Positions 46,891 to 57,534 are shown, counted from the first letter of the stretch. The stretch: DNA of 64,000 nucleotides from an uncultured delta proteobacterium (GCA_963825005.1 CAWGRP010000015.1:65748-129747); one strand, 5' to 3'. Program-made: numbers and translations. Notes: generated by a model from the sequence alone, not told the origin.

Positions 46891-48468
46891 TCAGCGTGTC
46901 GCCGGCTTCTCTGGGTCATCGTCACGTTCCGGGTAATCTGTGAGCACCCCTGCTTCAAAAAGTTCCTGATGCGATGGTTTCCACATCTGACTGCCCGGTG
47001 CCGCAAAGGCTTTATTAACGAAAGCCGTGGCAATACCGCGGCTCAACCAGTCCTGTTTGTCCTTCTCGTACTCGGCTCGAAACGCACTGCCTTCTACTCC
47101 CGGGAACGAGTATTGATGGAAACCGAGCGCTGCGCCTCTCGCAATGAGGCGCGTGCGGCCGCCGATGAAAGCGAGCGTGCATGCACTGAGACAGCCCGAG
47201 GCCGTGTATGTTGTCAATCTTCTGGAGGCGATCAGGTCACGCAGTCTTCGGGCCTCATTAATCCGGCCACCGATGCTGTTAAGATGAATGATGCGAATAG
47301 AGCGATTGGCATCAAGCGTCAGACGCACCTGTTCGGTTAGCCCTACGGACATAGGTCCGGTAATCGCGAGTTTAGTGCCATCTCGGGACACACGAAGTTG
47401 ATAGCTTCCGAGAGCGTCTTTTCCGGCCGCCATAGCAACGTATTCCTTGAACTGCGGTATTCCGACTGAAACAAACTCCATTGATCCGGCCAGCAAACCG
47501 AGTATGACCGCCACCCTGGCGAGGTTTCCCCAGAGTTGCGGCCTGCCTTGCTCTATATACCTCGTGGCAGAGCGCCACACACCAACAAACTGCCAGACGG
47601 ATATCGTCGCCATGGTAAGCCAGAGGCTGATAAGTAAGATCGAGAAGGTTTGAGGGGTCTTAATACCGAGATCAGTCCAGGGTGCTGCCGAGAAGCCAAC
47701 CATCAGACACAAAGTCATCAGCACGGTGTTGCCCCAGTACGCTAATGGGAGGGTTATTTCTCCTTGCCAATGGCGAACGATGTACCATGCATGGCGCCCC
47801 GTGCGTATGTGCCGGGCTTCCTGCGGCGCGTCGTCCGGGAGAAGAGAAGCGTCGGCGTCCTCCGATCTTGATCGACTGCCTCCCTCGCTGTTATTTGTCA
47901 GCCAGACTGCCCTCACCCCGATGATCACGCCGGCAAGGGCGAGTACGTAGCAGAGATAAATGACCCCAGTTCCTCCCGATTGCTGCGTGAAGCCGTATAG
48001 CGCCAGCGTGAATCCTACGAAGGACAAAGAGGCCGGGCTTTGAGGGAAAATTCTTCTGATGGGTTTCCTGTAAAGGTAGGAGCCGGTCGATAGGGCGAGA
48101 AGGAAAGAAAAGATTGCCCCGACAAGATATCCGGTATCATGTTTCACCCAGCAGGAGAGCAGATAGGGTAATCCCCTTAAGAGCAGGATATAACTCGATG
48201 CCAATCCGAAGTTTCGTCCCCACCCGCGCTTGTGCCACAATCCGATGCCGCCTATCAGCGAGAAGAGGGGAATCGCACCGTAGATGGAAGGATATTCGAG
48301 GCATTGGCCGGACAGCCACACACGGGCGATATCATAAAAGATCCAGAGAGCGTCCAGAATGAAAAATGCAGCAATGATTCGAATGCCGGGATATCGCCCA
48401 GGGGGTTTCTCCGCGATAAGTTCTTCTTCGGGCATGCATGCGTGCGTGGTATGGGTGCAGTCTTCCAC
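46891..48468 (-). CDS. polytopic membrane protein with C-terminal ClpP/SppA-like (COG3904-like) domain
   Basis: About 10 hydrophobic helices, then ..IRIIHLNSIGGRINEARRLRDLIASRRLTTYTASGCLSACTLAFIGG... Confidence 0.5.
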   Translation of the reverse strand: MEDCTHTTHACMPEEELIAEKPPGRYPGIRIIAAFFILDALWIFYDIARVWLSGQCLEYPSIYGAIPLFSLIGGIGLWHKRGWGRNFGLASSYILLLRGLPYLLSCWVKHDTGYLVGAIFSFLLALSTGSYLYRKPIRRIFPQSPASLSFVGFTLALYGFTQQSGGTGVIYLCYVLALAGVIIGVRAVWLTNNSEGGSRSRSEDADASLLPDDAPQEARHIRTGRHAWYIVRHWQGEITLPLAYWGNTVLMTLCLMVGFSAAPWTDLGIKTPQTFSILLISLWLTMATISVWQFVGVWRSATRYIEQGRPQLWGNLARVAVILGLLAGSMEFVSVGIPQFKEYVAMAAGKDALGSYQLRVSRDGTKLAITGPMSVGLTEQVRLTLDANRSIRIIHLNSIGGRINEARRLRDLIASRRLTTYTASGCLSACTLAFIGGRTRLIARGAALGFHQYSFPGVEGSAFRAEYEKDKQDWLSRGIATAFVNKAFAAPGSQMWKPSHQELFEAGVLTDYPERDDDPEKPATR

Positions 48469-48532
48469 TGATCACATTATCGGCACCTGAGACTGCTACT
48501 TAATCTGTTTGAATTTCTGCAGAAGGCGCGGG

Positions 48533-49054
48533 TTACTGCCGCGATGAAGAGTGCGCCTGCGCACCGAGAGGTTTCGTTTCAACACCCCACGTGCTCAATC
48601 GTTGCGCGACTGCCGCGATGATTGCTTCCAGACGGTCTTGCAGAACGTCCGTTAATTCGATACCAATGTCGATCGATTTTGGCTGGATGCCGACGAGGTA
48701 GATTTCGGACGGTAGCGTATCGCTTATCTTTGCGGCAAACAATAGATCGGCGAGCCCCACGTGGTGCACCGAACCTTGTGCGCTCAGAAAGGAAGGGAGC
48801 TCATTCCCTTCCATGAGCACAATTTCTCCGGGCGACTCTCCGGCATCGACTGCGTCCACAAAGATCACCCTTTCGTAAAGATCCATTACCGGGAGCAGAT
48901 CGAGTCCTGCTGTGCCTCCGTCGATCAGATCGATGTGCGGTTGAAAGCGGTACAGCTTCTCCATCGCTTCTATAGTGCGAATGCCGACAGCGTCATCTTG
49001 CATGAGGAGGTTGCCCAGCCCGATAACGCAGATCTCATATCGATTTGTATTCAT
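48533..49054 (-). CDS. [NiFe] hydrogenase maturation endopeptidase (HyaD/HybD type)
   Basis: From MNTNRYEICVIGLGNLLMQDDAVG...; FVDAVD; GSVHHVGL. The track start 49150 lies inside a repeat. Confidence 0.85.
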   Translation of the reverse strand: MNTNRYEICVIGLGNLLMQDDAVGIRTIEAMEKLYRFQPHIDLIDGGTAGLDLLPVMDLYERVIFVDAVDAGESPGEIVLMEGNELPSFLSAQGSVHHVGLADLLFAAKISDTLPSEIYLVGIQPKSIDIGIELTDVLQDRLEAIIAAVAQRLSTWGVETKPLGAQAHSSSRQ

Positions 49055-49085
49055 GTGGACGACCCAGCCTTCGGCCGGGTGCCCC

Positions 49086-49160
49086 GGGCGGCAGCGAGGA
49101 GTTGACGCAGGCGTACTGTAAGTACGTCGAGGAGAACGACGCAGCGACAACGAAGGTATG
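49086..49160. repeat. second copy of the core shared with 25818-25963
   Basis: gggcggcagcgaggagttgacgcaggcgtactgtaagtacgtcgaggagaacgacgcagcgacaacgaaggtatg. Sits between the cytochrome b stop and the protease start. Confidence 0.75.
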
Positions 49161-49180
49161 CACGTGAAGACAAATCGATA

Positions 49181-49855
49181 TTATTCTTCACGGCAGGTCT
49201 TGTGGCCTGAGAATATCGAACTCATCACGCAGTTATCTTCCACCAGGTCGGTTGTCCAGCCGATGTACATGTGGACGATAGGGAAGACGATCAGGAACCA
49301 CATGATGAAGTGGTGAACAAGCCGAACCTCCTGGACAGGGAAATAGGGGAGTATCCAGCCGCCCACGATTTTCCAGAAAAGCCCCACGTGACTCTGCGAC
49401 ATCAGCGCAAAGCCGGTCAGTATGGAAACGAGATAACCAAGAAAGAGCACCATATACGATATTCCGGCGAGGACCGAATGGCCCAGGACGAAAGGCGGAC
49501 GGTCATTCAGAAGGAAATAGAACCGAAGATCGTAGTAAAGTTCCCTGATGCGTTCCCTGTTGTAAGGGATCAGGGCGCTCCAGCGCGCGTACCGGTTGCC
49601 CACAAAACCCCAGTAGATCCTGAGCAGGACTCCCATGGCGAAGACATATCCCGCCGAAAAGTGTATCAGCCTCATCCAGCCCATGACGAACTGATTGTTT
49701 GGATTGGCGCCGTAGAACAACGGGGATACGCTGTCTATGTACGGGTGACCTATGTAGTAGCCGGTAAAACTCAAAATTATGAGACAGGCTGCATTCACCC
49801 AGTGGGACAGGCGGACCGGCAGTTCCCAGATATAAACGTCGGTCAGCTTTAACAT
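49181..49855 (-). CDS. [NiFe] hydrogenase b-type cytochrome subunit
   Basis: 224 aa, four TM helices; LSHWVNA...; position after the large subunit. Confidence 0.85.
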   Translation of the reverse strand: MLKLTDVYIWELPVRLSHWVNAACLIILSFTGYYIGHPYIDSVSPLFYGANPNNQFVMGWMRLIHFSAGYVFAMGVLLRIYWGFVGNRYARWSALIPYNRERIRELYYDLRFYFLLNDRPPFVLGHSVLAGISYMVLFLGYLVSILTGFALMSQSHVGLFWKIVGGWILPYFPVQEVRLVHHFIMWFLIVFPIVHMYIGWTTDLVEDNCVMSSIFSGHKTCREE

Positions 49856-49858
49856 CGG

Positions 49859-51568
49859 TCAGGTTCCCCTTGCCGTTGTTTTGGGCCTTCCCTTCACGTC
49901 GGTCACGTGGACCGCGCAGGCCATGCATGGATCAAAGGAATGGACTGTCCTGAGGATCTCGAGCGGTCTGTCCGGATCTGCCACAGGTGTCCCGATGAGC
50001 GAGGCTTCTACGGGTCCTCTTATTCCCTTCGCATCCCTCGGAGAGAGATTCCAGGTGGACGGCACAACAGCCTGGTAATTGGTGATCTTTCCGTCCCTGA
50101 TCCCCACCCAGTGGCCCAGGGCCCCGCGAGGCGCGTCATGGAAGCCGTACCCTTTTGCCTCCTTGGGCCAGGTGCCCGGTTCCCATTTCTCATTCTGACA
50201 TATGCGGAAATCGCCTTTCTTGATGGTGGAAACAAGCTCTCCTATAAAACCCGGTATCATCTCCGCTATAATCAGTGTTTCTATGGCGCGCGCCGCGACT
50301 CGACCCAGTGTCGAAAAAAGCGCATCCGGCGTGATCTGAAGCTTTTGCAGCACCATGTCAACGGTTTCTTTGATTTGTTTGTGGCCTGTCGCGTATGCAA
50401 CAAGCACGCGAGCAAGGGGACCCACCTCGATCGCCATCTCTTCGTAACGGGGTGTCTTGAGCCAGCTGTACTTCGCCTGCGTGTCGAGATGCTCATACGG
50501 AGGCTTGGGTCCGGTATACGCCGGCTTTGTCTCACCATCCCACGGGTGCTTTCCCTTTTGATCGCCGTCTTGATAGTCGTACCATGAGTGGGTCACGTAC
50601 TCCGCGATCTTCTTCTGATCAACCGGCAGGATCCTGGTCAGATCTCTTTGAAGGATGATCCCTTTCGGCAGTTGAACGTTATCGGTGTTGCTCCGGTTGT
50701 CTCTCGGAAACTCGCCGTACGTCATGTAATTGCCGACGCCGCCGCCGTAGCCGGCCCAGTCTTTGTAATAGGAAGCTATGGCAATAACGTCAGGAATGTA
50801 GACCTTGCTGACAAAGTCGATGGCCTGTTGTGCGACCTGGGACATGAGCGCAATCGCATCGGCATTGATGGCGTTCTGACTCGCGGGATCGACGGGTCGT
50901 GCTATTCCTCCCACGAGGTACGTCTGCAGGTGCGGGTTCTTCGATCCGAGGAGGGCATGCACTTTGACGACGCCTCTTTGCCACTCGAGGGCTTCAAGAT
51001 AGTGAGCCACGCCGAGCAGATTCACTTCGGGCGGTAGCTTGTATGCGGGATGTCCCCAGTAGCCGTTCGCAAAGGGGCCGAGCTGCCCTGTATCGACCAG
51101 GCCCTTCACGCGTTTCTGCACTATCGTGAAAAAGGCGGCGCCTGAGTTCGGCCAGTCTGACAATGACTGAGCAATGGATGCTGTCTTCGCAGGATCCGCC
51201 TTTAAGGCGCTTACAATATCGATCCAGTCGAGTCCGTGGAGATGGTAGAAGTGGATCACGTGATCCTGCACGTACTGCACGGCGGCGATGATGTTGCGTA
51301 TGATGCGCGCATTGTCAGGAATCGTCATACCCAGCGCGTCTTCCACTGCGCGGACAGAGGCAAGCGCGTGAACCGTCGTGCAGACACCGCAGATCCTCTG
51401 GCAGAAGAGCCAGGCATCCCTCGGATCGCGGTCCTTGAGCACGATCTCGATGCCTCTGAACATGGTGCTCGACGACCATGCATCAACCACTTTTCCGTTC
51501 TCAACCTGTGCCTCGATGCGCAGGTGGCCTTCCAGACGCGTTACAGGATCAATGACTATTCGTGCCAT
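49859..51568 (-). CDS. group-1 [NiFe] hydrogenase large subunit
   Basis: [35 protein letters not shown]-terminal DPCMACAVH + 15-aa extension (Cys, not Sec). ATG 51568 preceded by GGAAGGG and overlapping the small-subunit stop. Confidence 0.95.
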   Translation of the reverse strand: MARIVIDPVTRLEGHLRIEAQVENGKVVDAWSSSTMFRGIEIVLKDRDPRDAWLFCQRICGVCTTVHALASVRAVEDALGMTIPDNARIIRNIIAAVQYVQDHVIHFYHLHGLDWIDIVSALKADPAKTASIAQSLSDWPNSGAAFFTIVQKRVKGLVDTGQLGPFANGYWGHPAYKLPPEVNLLGVAHYLEALEWQRGVVKVHALLGSKNPHLQTYLVGGIARPVDPASQNAINADAIALMSQVAQQAIDFVSKVYIPDVIAIASYYKDWAGYGGGVGNYMTYGEFPRDNRSNTDNVQLPKGIILQRDLTRILPVDQKKIAEYVTHSWYDYQDGDQKGKHPWDGETKPAYTGPKPPYEHLDTQAKYSWLKTPRYEEMAIEVGPLARVLVAYATGHKQIKETVDMVLQKLQITPDALFSTLGRVAARAIETLIIAEMIPGFIGELVSTIKKGDFRICQNEKWEPGTWPKEAKGYGFHDAPRGALGHWVGIRDGKITNYQAVVPSTWNLSPRDAKGIRGPVEASLIGTPVADPDRPLEILRTVHSFDPCMACAVHVTDVKGRPKTTARGT

Positions 51569-52689
51569 TGCGGACCCTTCCATTCTTTTTTGGGTTGAGC
51601 CTTTGTCGGTTCTTTCGCCTCTTCTTTGGGCTTGCGGACCCGCTTGAGCAGCCTTGCTGCGGTGTGGATAAGGATACCGCCCACTGTTGCGGAAGTGACC
51701 GCGAGGCCTACTTTGTCCGCGGTTGTTTCCACGGTGATGCCGAAAGGCTGCGGAAGCCTCCTGTAGAAGGGAGTCATCTGATCCCAGAAGTCGGGTGCGG
51801 CGCACGCGATGCACCCGTGCCCGGATTGCACGGGCCAGCTGGTGCGCTCATTGTATTTGACGGTGGGACAGTTCTGATAGGCTTCGGGTCCTTTGCACCC
51901 CATGTAGTAGAGGCACCAGCCGAGACGATGTCCATCGTCGCCCCATTGCCTTACATACTGTCCTGCATCGAAATGGGAGCGTCTCTCGCAATTGTCATGA
52001 ATCCTCTTGCCGTAAGCAAAAAGCGGCCGTCCCAGAGCATCCAGCGCAGGAAGTACACCGAATGTGAGATAGTAAACGATCGCGGCAGTTATGTTCTCAG
52101 CGTTGACAGGACAGCCGGCGAGATTGATGACGGTTGCTCCGGGCACTGCATCGCGCACGCCCACAGCGCCTGTGGGATTGGGGTGTGCTTTCGGGATGCC
52201 TCCGAACGTGGCGCAGGTTCCCATGGCGAAGGTGGCAATGGCGCTCCCGCAGACTTCCCGGACGATATCGACGGAGCTGCGGCCTCCGATACAGCAATAG
52301 GCACCGTTTTCTCCGAGAGGAATCGAGCCCTCGACCGCGGCGAAGTAATTCCCTTTGTGATTTTTAAGCACGTCGGCAAGGGACTTCTCAGCCTGTTTGC
52401 CGGCCGCAGCCATGATGGTCTCGCTGTAGTCGAGGGAGAGCACGTCAAGGATCAGCTCGCTTGCAGTCGGTTTTGAAGCCCTGAGCAGCGCTTCCGTATC
52501 GCCTGTGCAGCTCTGACACTCAATCCAGACAAGGATCGGTTTCTTCTTTGTCTCAAGTGCGTTGGCAATCCTGGGGACGTAGCTTGAAGAGAGCCCGAGC
52601 ACGGCGGCACAAGCCGTGCAATATTTGAGAAAATCCCTGCGGTTGACACCCCGGTCGAGCAGTTCTGCGAGCAGATTATCAACGGCCAT
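51556..52689 (-). CDS. group-1 [NiFe] hydrogenase small subunit (Tat-exported, C-terminal anchor)
   Basis: Tat motif NRRDFLK; [15 protein letters not shown]; C-terminal helix [27 protein letters not shown] before ATG 52689. Confidence 0.95.
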   Translation of the reverse strand: MAVDNLLAELLDRGVNRRDFLKYCTACAAVLGLSSSYVPRIANALETKKKPILVWIECQSCTGDTEALLRASKPTASELILDVLSLDYSETIMAAAGKQAEKSLADVLKNHKGNYFAAVEGSIPLGENGAYCCIGGRSSVDIVREVCGSAIATFAMGTCATFGGIPKAHPNPTGAVGVRDAVPGATVINLAGCPVNAENITAAIVYYLTFGVLPALDALGRPLFAYGKRIHDNCERRSHFDAGQYVRQWGDDGHRLGWCLYYMGCKGPEAYQNCPTVKYNERTSWPVQSGHGCIACAAPDFWDQMTPFYRRLPQPFGITVETTADKVGLAVTSATVGGILIHTAARLLKRVRKPKEEAKEPTKAQPKKEWKGPQWHE

Positions 52690-52734
52690 CGACCCTCCTC
52701 TCTCAGCTGCCACTGATTGAACTCAATTAAAAAA

Positions 52735-52762
52735 ATATAATGTCGCAGGGGCGGATGCGCAA
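52735..52762 (-). promoter_or_regulatory. sigma70-type promoter candidate for the hydrogenase operon
   Basis: Reverse strand TTGCGC-N16-TTATAT, about 45 nt upstream of the small-subunit start. Confidence 0.3.
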
Positions 52763-52780
52763 TGGCGCGCGTAAAAATGT

Positions 52781-53677
52781 TCAGGCAGGCGTTATCAGGA
52801 AGGGGCCCTTCGGATCGTGTGAGCTTCTATTTTTTTGGGCCTCAAGCTTGTTGGACGCGGCATAGCAGTAAACGCAACCATGCGTGCAGGTGCTGTACGC
52901 TCCTATGTCCTGGCTTTCCACGCAGAGGCAATTTTCCCGCTGGTATTTATCCTTTCTGTCTGATACGTCGATTCCGAAGATTCTTCTTATAAACCTGTCG
53001 TCGATGCATGTGCCGTGCGCGACACCTGCATCCGTCAGGTCGAGCTTTTCAGCACAGCTCGTAATCTCGATGGAATGTGCGTGAGCGATCTCGGCCAGTG
53101 CAACGGCTATCCTCTGAACCTGCTCTGCGCTCCGCGCGCCGTCATAGAACCTGACGCCTCTTTCTTTTTCGACTCGTTGCAGATTCCGGATGACGCTGCG
53201 GTACGGGTGGACGAAACTGATCACGACTCGTCCGGTTGAGCCGCGAAGCCCCCGTACGAGCCTCCGGAACGTGTCGATGATCTTCTGTTCGGGCGTTATA
53301 TCTGAAAGAATAATGGGGTCGAACCGCCATATCATTTTGTCGGCGCCGATCTTGCCGCTCAAGGTCTTGAAGGCGTGCACCAGTTCGCGCTCGGGAGGAA
53401 CGAAGGGCTCGATGATTTTCGGATGAGCCGTGAGAGTGAAATGGAAGTAGTACCGGTATCCGCGGCCGTCGAGCTCGTCAAGACAGCCGAGCATCGGCTG
53501 CGGGTTCTTGGTCCAGAAGACTATCACGTCGACGTTGTGTGGCGATAGATCGACCCTTTTGACCTGATTCGAATTGAATGGATTCCGGACAAAGCAATAG
53601 CCCTCCCTGATCCGGTTCATAAACCATTCAGGGTATAAGGCAGGGATATCGGTCCGTCTGCTGGCGCTTATGATCAT
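52781..53677 (-). CDS. DUF1848-family protein
   Basis: From MIISASRRTDIPALYPEWFMNRIREGY...; C-terminal Cys cluster CLCVESQDIGAYSTCTHGCVYCYA. The track N-terminus (53678-53740) lies inside a MITE-like repeat. Confidence 0.75.
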   Translation of the reverse strand: MIISASRRTDIPALYPEWFMNRIREGYCFVRNPFNSNQVKRVDLSPHNVDVIVFWTKNPQPMLGCLDELDGRGYRYYFHFTLTAHPKIIEPFVPPERELVHAFKTLSGKIGADKMIWRFDPIILSDITPEQKIIDTFRRLVRGLRGSTGRVVISFVHPYRSVIRNLQRVEKERGVRFYDGARSAEQVQRIAVALAEIAHAHSIEITSCAEKLDLTDAGVAHGTCIDDRFIRRIFGIDVSDRKDKYQRENCLCVESQDIGAYSTCTHGCVYCYAASNKLEAQKNRSSHDPKGPFLITPA

Positions 53678-53687
53678 GCCGACACTT

Positions 53688-53845
53688 CCTACTACTAACT
53701 TGCGAATTAAGTGGTCATGCTTTGATGTCTTTGTTGTCATTCCGGCGAAGGCCGGAATCCAGATTCTATAAGGATTTCTGGACCCCGGTTTTCACCGGGG
53801 TGACGACTTTCAAGAATGCAAGAACTTACGCAAGTTGGTACTACC
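53688..53845. repeat. 158-bp MITE-like element with imperfect 17-bp TIRs
   Basis: cctactactaacttgcg ... cgcaagttggtactacc (13/17). Core gtcattccggcgaaggccggaatccag shared with the MITE at 37578-37714. Confidence 0.65.
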
Positions 53846-53901
53846 ACCATGCAGACGCTTGTTCAACACGCTGAGGGTCGATCGTATGCTTTAGCTCGCT
53901 T

Positions 53902-54306
53902 CTAAAAAAGCGGCAGCACCTTCGGGGCGCCGGTAAACGAGTAGAGTGTTGCTACCGCGTCAGTGAAATAGAAGGTTATAAAAAGTTCGTCATCCGCGCC
54001 TTTGTTATATCTCTTCAGAAGATCCGGGTTCTCCACAAAGACCTGCGCTTTCGAGTCCCGGGTTTCGTCAAAGGCAATCCGCCCTCTCACCCGCAGCCAG
54101 GTGCCATCGGCTCCCACCGACGAAATCTCGATGTCCGGGTTCTGGAAGAGCTGCTTGTACACGTCCTTGGTTTTGTTCGTGCAGAAATAGAGCGCGTTAT
54201 TCCTCTTCATTACGAAGGCGAACGGCCGCACCCTTGCCTTTGATCCTTCCACCGTGGCGATATGAAAAACGCGGTTGGCTTTGAGAAACTCAATAGCTGT
54301 ATCCAT
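53902..54306 (-). CDS. pyridoxamine-5'-phosphate-oxidase-like flavin-binding protein
   Basis: 134 aa; RVFHIATVEGSKARVRPF...LYFCTNKTKDVYKQL..NPDIEIS. Confidence 0.65.
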   Translation of the reverse strand: MDTAIEFLKANRVFHIATVEGSKARVRPFAFVMKRNNALYFCTNKTKDVYKQLFQNPDIEISSVGADGTWLRVRGRIAFDETRDSKAQVFVENPDLLKRYNKGADDELFITFYFTDAVATLYSFTGAPKVLPLF

Positions 54307-54344
54307 AAGAACCTCCTCAAGAATGTTTTGGTACTGTCAAAATC

Positions 54345-54573
54345 CGCCCTGGCGGAAACCATTCCTTCGCTCGCTAGGTGCTCCGCCTCATCACCCTTCT
54401 AAGGTCTCCTTCCGCTTGCCTGCGGAACTCGCGCACGCCTGCTGAGGTCAGCAGGCTTACCGCTCAGACAGTCCTCGGCATGCGCCTTACAGGGCGCACC
54501 GCTCCCTCCGACCATAAGAAGGGTCCCGAGAGGCTCCCGCAATGCTTCGCTCAGGAAAGGTTTCCGCCAGGCG
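54345..54573. repeat. 229-bp element bounded by ~28-bp imperfect inverted repeats
   Basis: cgccctggcggaaaccattccttcgctc ... gcttcgctcaggaaaggtttccgccaggcg. Internal perfect 8-bp hairpin gcctgctg-aggt-cagcaggc. Confidence 0.65.
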
Positions 54574-54776
54574 CCGTATGACGTCGCATGGCGGCAGCGC
54601 TTTCTTCTTGCTTTTTTCAGCAAGCTATTGCAGGATACTATAGCAGGAGAGATAAATGTGCAAGAGGCTGAGGAGCGTTTCCTTTCATGGTGTCGCGTTA
54701 ATGTATTTAGGGAAAAAGCCGAAAATTACCTTAGTGGAGGATTTCGAGAAACAATGCCGCATAGCATCAGGGAAAG

Positions 54777-56000
54777 ATGATTAGAGGGATTGTTTCACCC
54801 GCTGTAGCAGCGCTATTCTTTGTCTTTCTGAGCTACAATACCGGTACTGACGCGAGTAAGCAGACACGCCTCGAAAACAGCATACCGTCTGAGAACAGCA
54901 TACTCTTTAAATCGAAAGGCAAGGGCGGTGATGCAATTACGTTCGATATCAGGGATGATATCAGGCGGGGGCAGGAATTCTTAAAGGACAAGATTGCCGG
55001 TTACTCAGTGGTGAAGGAGGAAAAGAGGGTAATCGTTTATAACAGGAAGGGCAAAAAGAAAGAGAAGGTCGTGCGGGAAAAAGTCATGAAGCCGAATTTT
55101 CTCCTGGCGGTTGAGGACGTCAAGGACAGGAAGATCATGCAGGTACGAATTACCGACAAGGGCTGCGCAACGGAAGGTTTTGAAGTGACGAAGCTCCGGG
55201 AGAACGGCGTCGGCTCGAAATTTGAGGTAACGTATCCGGAGAATATGGCTGTCCTGGCGTTACGTACCACCGTCCGATCGGGCAAAAACAGTTTCAGGGA
55301 AGTCGTATACACTGCCTACACGCCGGAAATCGACACGTGGCAGGTGCGCAGGGCCGGGCTCGATTACCTGGAGCGGCAGATCGAACTGGCCCGAAGGGAC
55401 CTCGAAGAGAAAGACGTGAGCCTCAGGGGTTTTAACGGTCTGGACGATGAAGTCCTGCCCACGGAAGTTGCCCTGGTACTTTCGATTATCGAGCATATCG
55501 ACCCGACGAGGTTTAAGAATTGCCGTGAAGATGACAGGGTAAATCTGGTGCACGAGGTGCTCACTATTGTCGGCGCCAATACGACGAATGCTTATGCTTA
55601 CAGCAGATCCCCTGCAGGAGCCATGGGCCTTTTTCAGCTGGTTCCCGATACGTACAGACGACTTCGCAACAAGTATGCGCGAGCGGGTCTCATGAAAGAT
55701 TTTGTTCCGGGTTGCACCGATCATCTCAATGCTGCCAAAGCCTCATTGCTGCTTTTTGATTCTGATCTGGCGGACCTATCCAGAGACCGATTAGCGGCCA
55801 TAAGAAATAACGCCCGGGCGGCCGGCAAATATCTGGCCGCTGCGTACAATTGCGGCTCCGGACGGGTCGGAAAGTCAGCCAAGAAATGCGGCAGCGAGTG
55901 GGCATGTCAGCTGCCGGAAGAAACCAAGACCTACCTGAAGAAGTTTGATGTAGTCTGGGACCTCAGGGAAACGCTCTCTTCGCCGGTTTTTCCTCACTGA
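54777..56000 (+). CDS. exported protein with C-terminal lytic-transglycosylase (SLT)-like domain
   Basis: Signal peptide; C-terminal ..SPAGAMGLFQLVPDTY... and ..AAAYNCGSGRV.. resemble SLT motifs. N-terminal 250 aa unknown. Confidence 0.5.
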   Translation: MIRGIVSPAVAALFFVFLSYNTGTDASKQTRLENSIPSENSILFKSKGKGGDAITFDIRDDIRRGQEFLKDKIAGYSVVKEEKRVIVYNRKGKKKEKVVREKVMKPNFLLAVEDVKDRKIMQVRITDKGCATEGFEVTKLRENGVGSKFEVTYPENMAVLALRTTVRSGKNSFREVVYTAYTPEIDTWQVRRAGLDYLERQIELARRDLEEKDVSLRGFNGLDDEVLPTEVALVLSIIEHIDPTRFKNCREDDRVNLVHEVLTIVGANTTNAYAYSRSPAGAMGLFQLVPDTYRRLRNKYARAGLMKDFVPGCTDHLNAAKASLLLFDSDLADLSRDRLAAIRNNARAAGKYLAAAYNCGSGRVGKSAKKCGSEWACQLPEETKTYLKKFDVVWDLRETLSSPVFPH

Positions 56001-56144
56001 CCGTGCCATCTCAATCTTGTGTTCGTTGATTTAAACCAATCAACCAATCTAACTAATTAAACCAATTGAACCGAGTAAGCGGCGTGCATTAAATTCTTGA
56101 CCCCACTCAGCACATCGAGTAGACTCCATCCGGATCGTTCCGCA

Positions 56145-57515
56145 ATGCGTCGCTACCTCGTCTTCATTACCGCCTCTTTAGGCCTTCTCATGTACGCCAT
56201 CGACAGTACGGTGGTGGCGGTTGCCTTTCCGCGGCTTATAGAGGATCTGGGTACCAATCTCCTCTGGGCGGGATGGACCATCTCCATATATTACATCGGC
56301 GTCACGACGGCCATGCCTCTGGCGGGGAATTTGAGCGACAGCTTCGGACGCAAGAAAGTCTTTGTGATCTCGCTTGTAGTCTTCACAATCAGCTCACTCT
56401 TATGCGGCCTTGCTCCCAACATCTACACGTTGATACTATGCAGGTTCCTTCAGGGCGTGGGAGGGGCGAGCTTTCTTCCAACTGCATCCGGTATTGCAAC
56501 GGATCTCTTCCCCGAAAGCCGGGAACGGGTCATAGGATTACTCTCCAGCGTCTTCAACGCGGGAAGTATCATAGGACCGAACCTCGGCGGTTGGATAGTG
56601 AGCCGCTATTCCTGGCGTTATGTTTTCTACATCAATCTGCCTATCGGCGTGGGCTTGATCGCTCTGATCATGCTGCTTCTCAAAGGCTCAACGTCGCAAG
56701 TCAGGCCGCACATAGATTTGAAAGGCGCCTTCTATTTCAGTGCCGCCGTGCTCTTTCTGATGTTCGGTGTGAATCTCATCGGAGAAAGCTTTGCTTTGCA
56801 TTCCCTGGTTACTGCCGGAATCCTGCTGTTTCTCAGCCTTTCTCTGGCCTTGCTGTTTCTTCGGCAGGAAAAGAATGAGAGCAGGCCGATTCTCGATCCT
56901 GTATTGTTAAAGTCAAGGCCGTTTCTGGCGGCAAATATCGTCAACATGGTTATGGGTGCCGGCTTTTTCGGACTCTTTGCTTCTGTTCCGCTCTATGCAA
57001 CTTCAGTGCACAGGCTTTCAACCCTGATGAGCGGCATGATACTGACTCCGCGCTCTCTGGGCGTTATTTCTGCTTCGATAGTCACGAGCTTCCTGCTCAA
57101 GCGATGGGGTTACCGCCGGCCCCTCATCGTTGGGCTCGGCATCGTCTCCTGTGCAACGATCCTCCTCGCGCCCGTTCTGCCGGTCATCGCAATTATGCAA
57201 ACGAAATTGGATATTGGCGAAATACTTGCATTCCTGATACTCTTTTGCGGCATCGGTGCAGGCATGGCAAATCCTGCTGCCAACAACGCGTGCATCGAAT
57301 TGATGCCTGAGAAGGTCGCCACCATTACGGGCCTTCGCGGCATGTTCAGAACGGTTGGAGGAGCCCTCGGTATCTCAGTGATCACGTTTATCCTGCACGT
57401 AAGCTCCACTCCGTCGAACGGCTTCAGCGTGATCTTTATCTTGTTCGGCCTCGCGCTCGCGTCCGTTATTCCGCTGGTTTTCCTCATGCCTTCGGGAAGA
57501 AGGTCGTGGGCATAA
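56145..57515 (+). CDS. MFS transporter (14-TMS DHA2/EmrB-like)
   Basis: MRRYLVFITASLGLLMYAIDSTVV...GNLSDSFGRKKVF...; about 14 hydrophobic segments. Confidence 0.8.
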   Translation: MRRYLVFITASLGLLMYAIDSTVVAVAFPRLIEDLGTNLLWAGWTISIYYIGVTTAMPLAGNLSDSFGRKKVFVISLVVFTISSLLCGLAPNIYTLILCRFLQGVGGASFLPTASGIATDLFPESRERVIGLLSSVFNAGSIIGPNLGGWIVSRYSWRYVFYINLPIGVGLIALIMLLLKGSTSQVRPHIDLKGAFYFSAAVLFLMFGVNLIGESFALHSLVTAGILLFLSLSLALLFLRQEKNESRPILDPVLLKSRPFLAANIVNMVMGAGFFGLFASVPLYATSVHRLSTLMSGMILTPRSLGVISASIVTSFLLKRWGYRRPLIVGLGIVSCATILLAPVLPVIAIMQTKLDIGEILAFLILFCGIGAGMANPAANNACIELMPEKVATITGLRGMFRTVGGALGISVITFILHVSSTPSNGFSVIFILFGLALASVIPLVFLMPSGRRSWA

Positions 57516-57534
57516 GACTTCTGAGAATAGAAGG

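Noticed and set aside
49859-51568. Possible [NiFeSe] hydrogenase or other selenocysteine recoding, given the selenium-linked context.
   Set aside because: The large-subunit C-terminal motif is DPCMACAVH with Cys codons. No conserved gene in the window is interrupted by an in-frame TGA that would be bridged by Sec.
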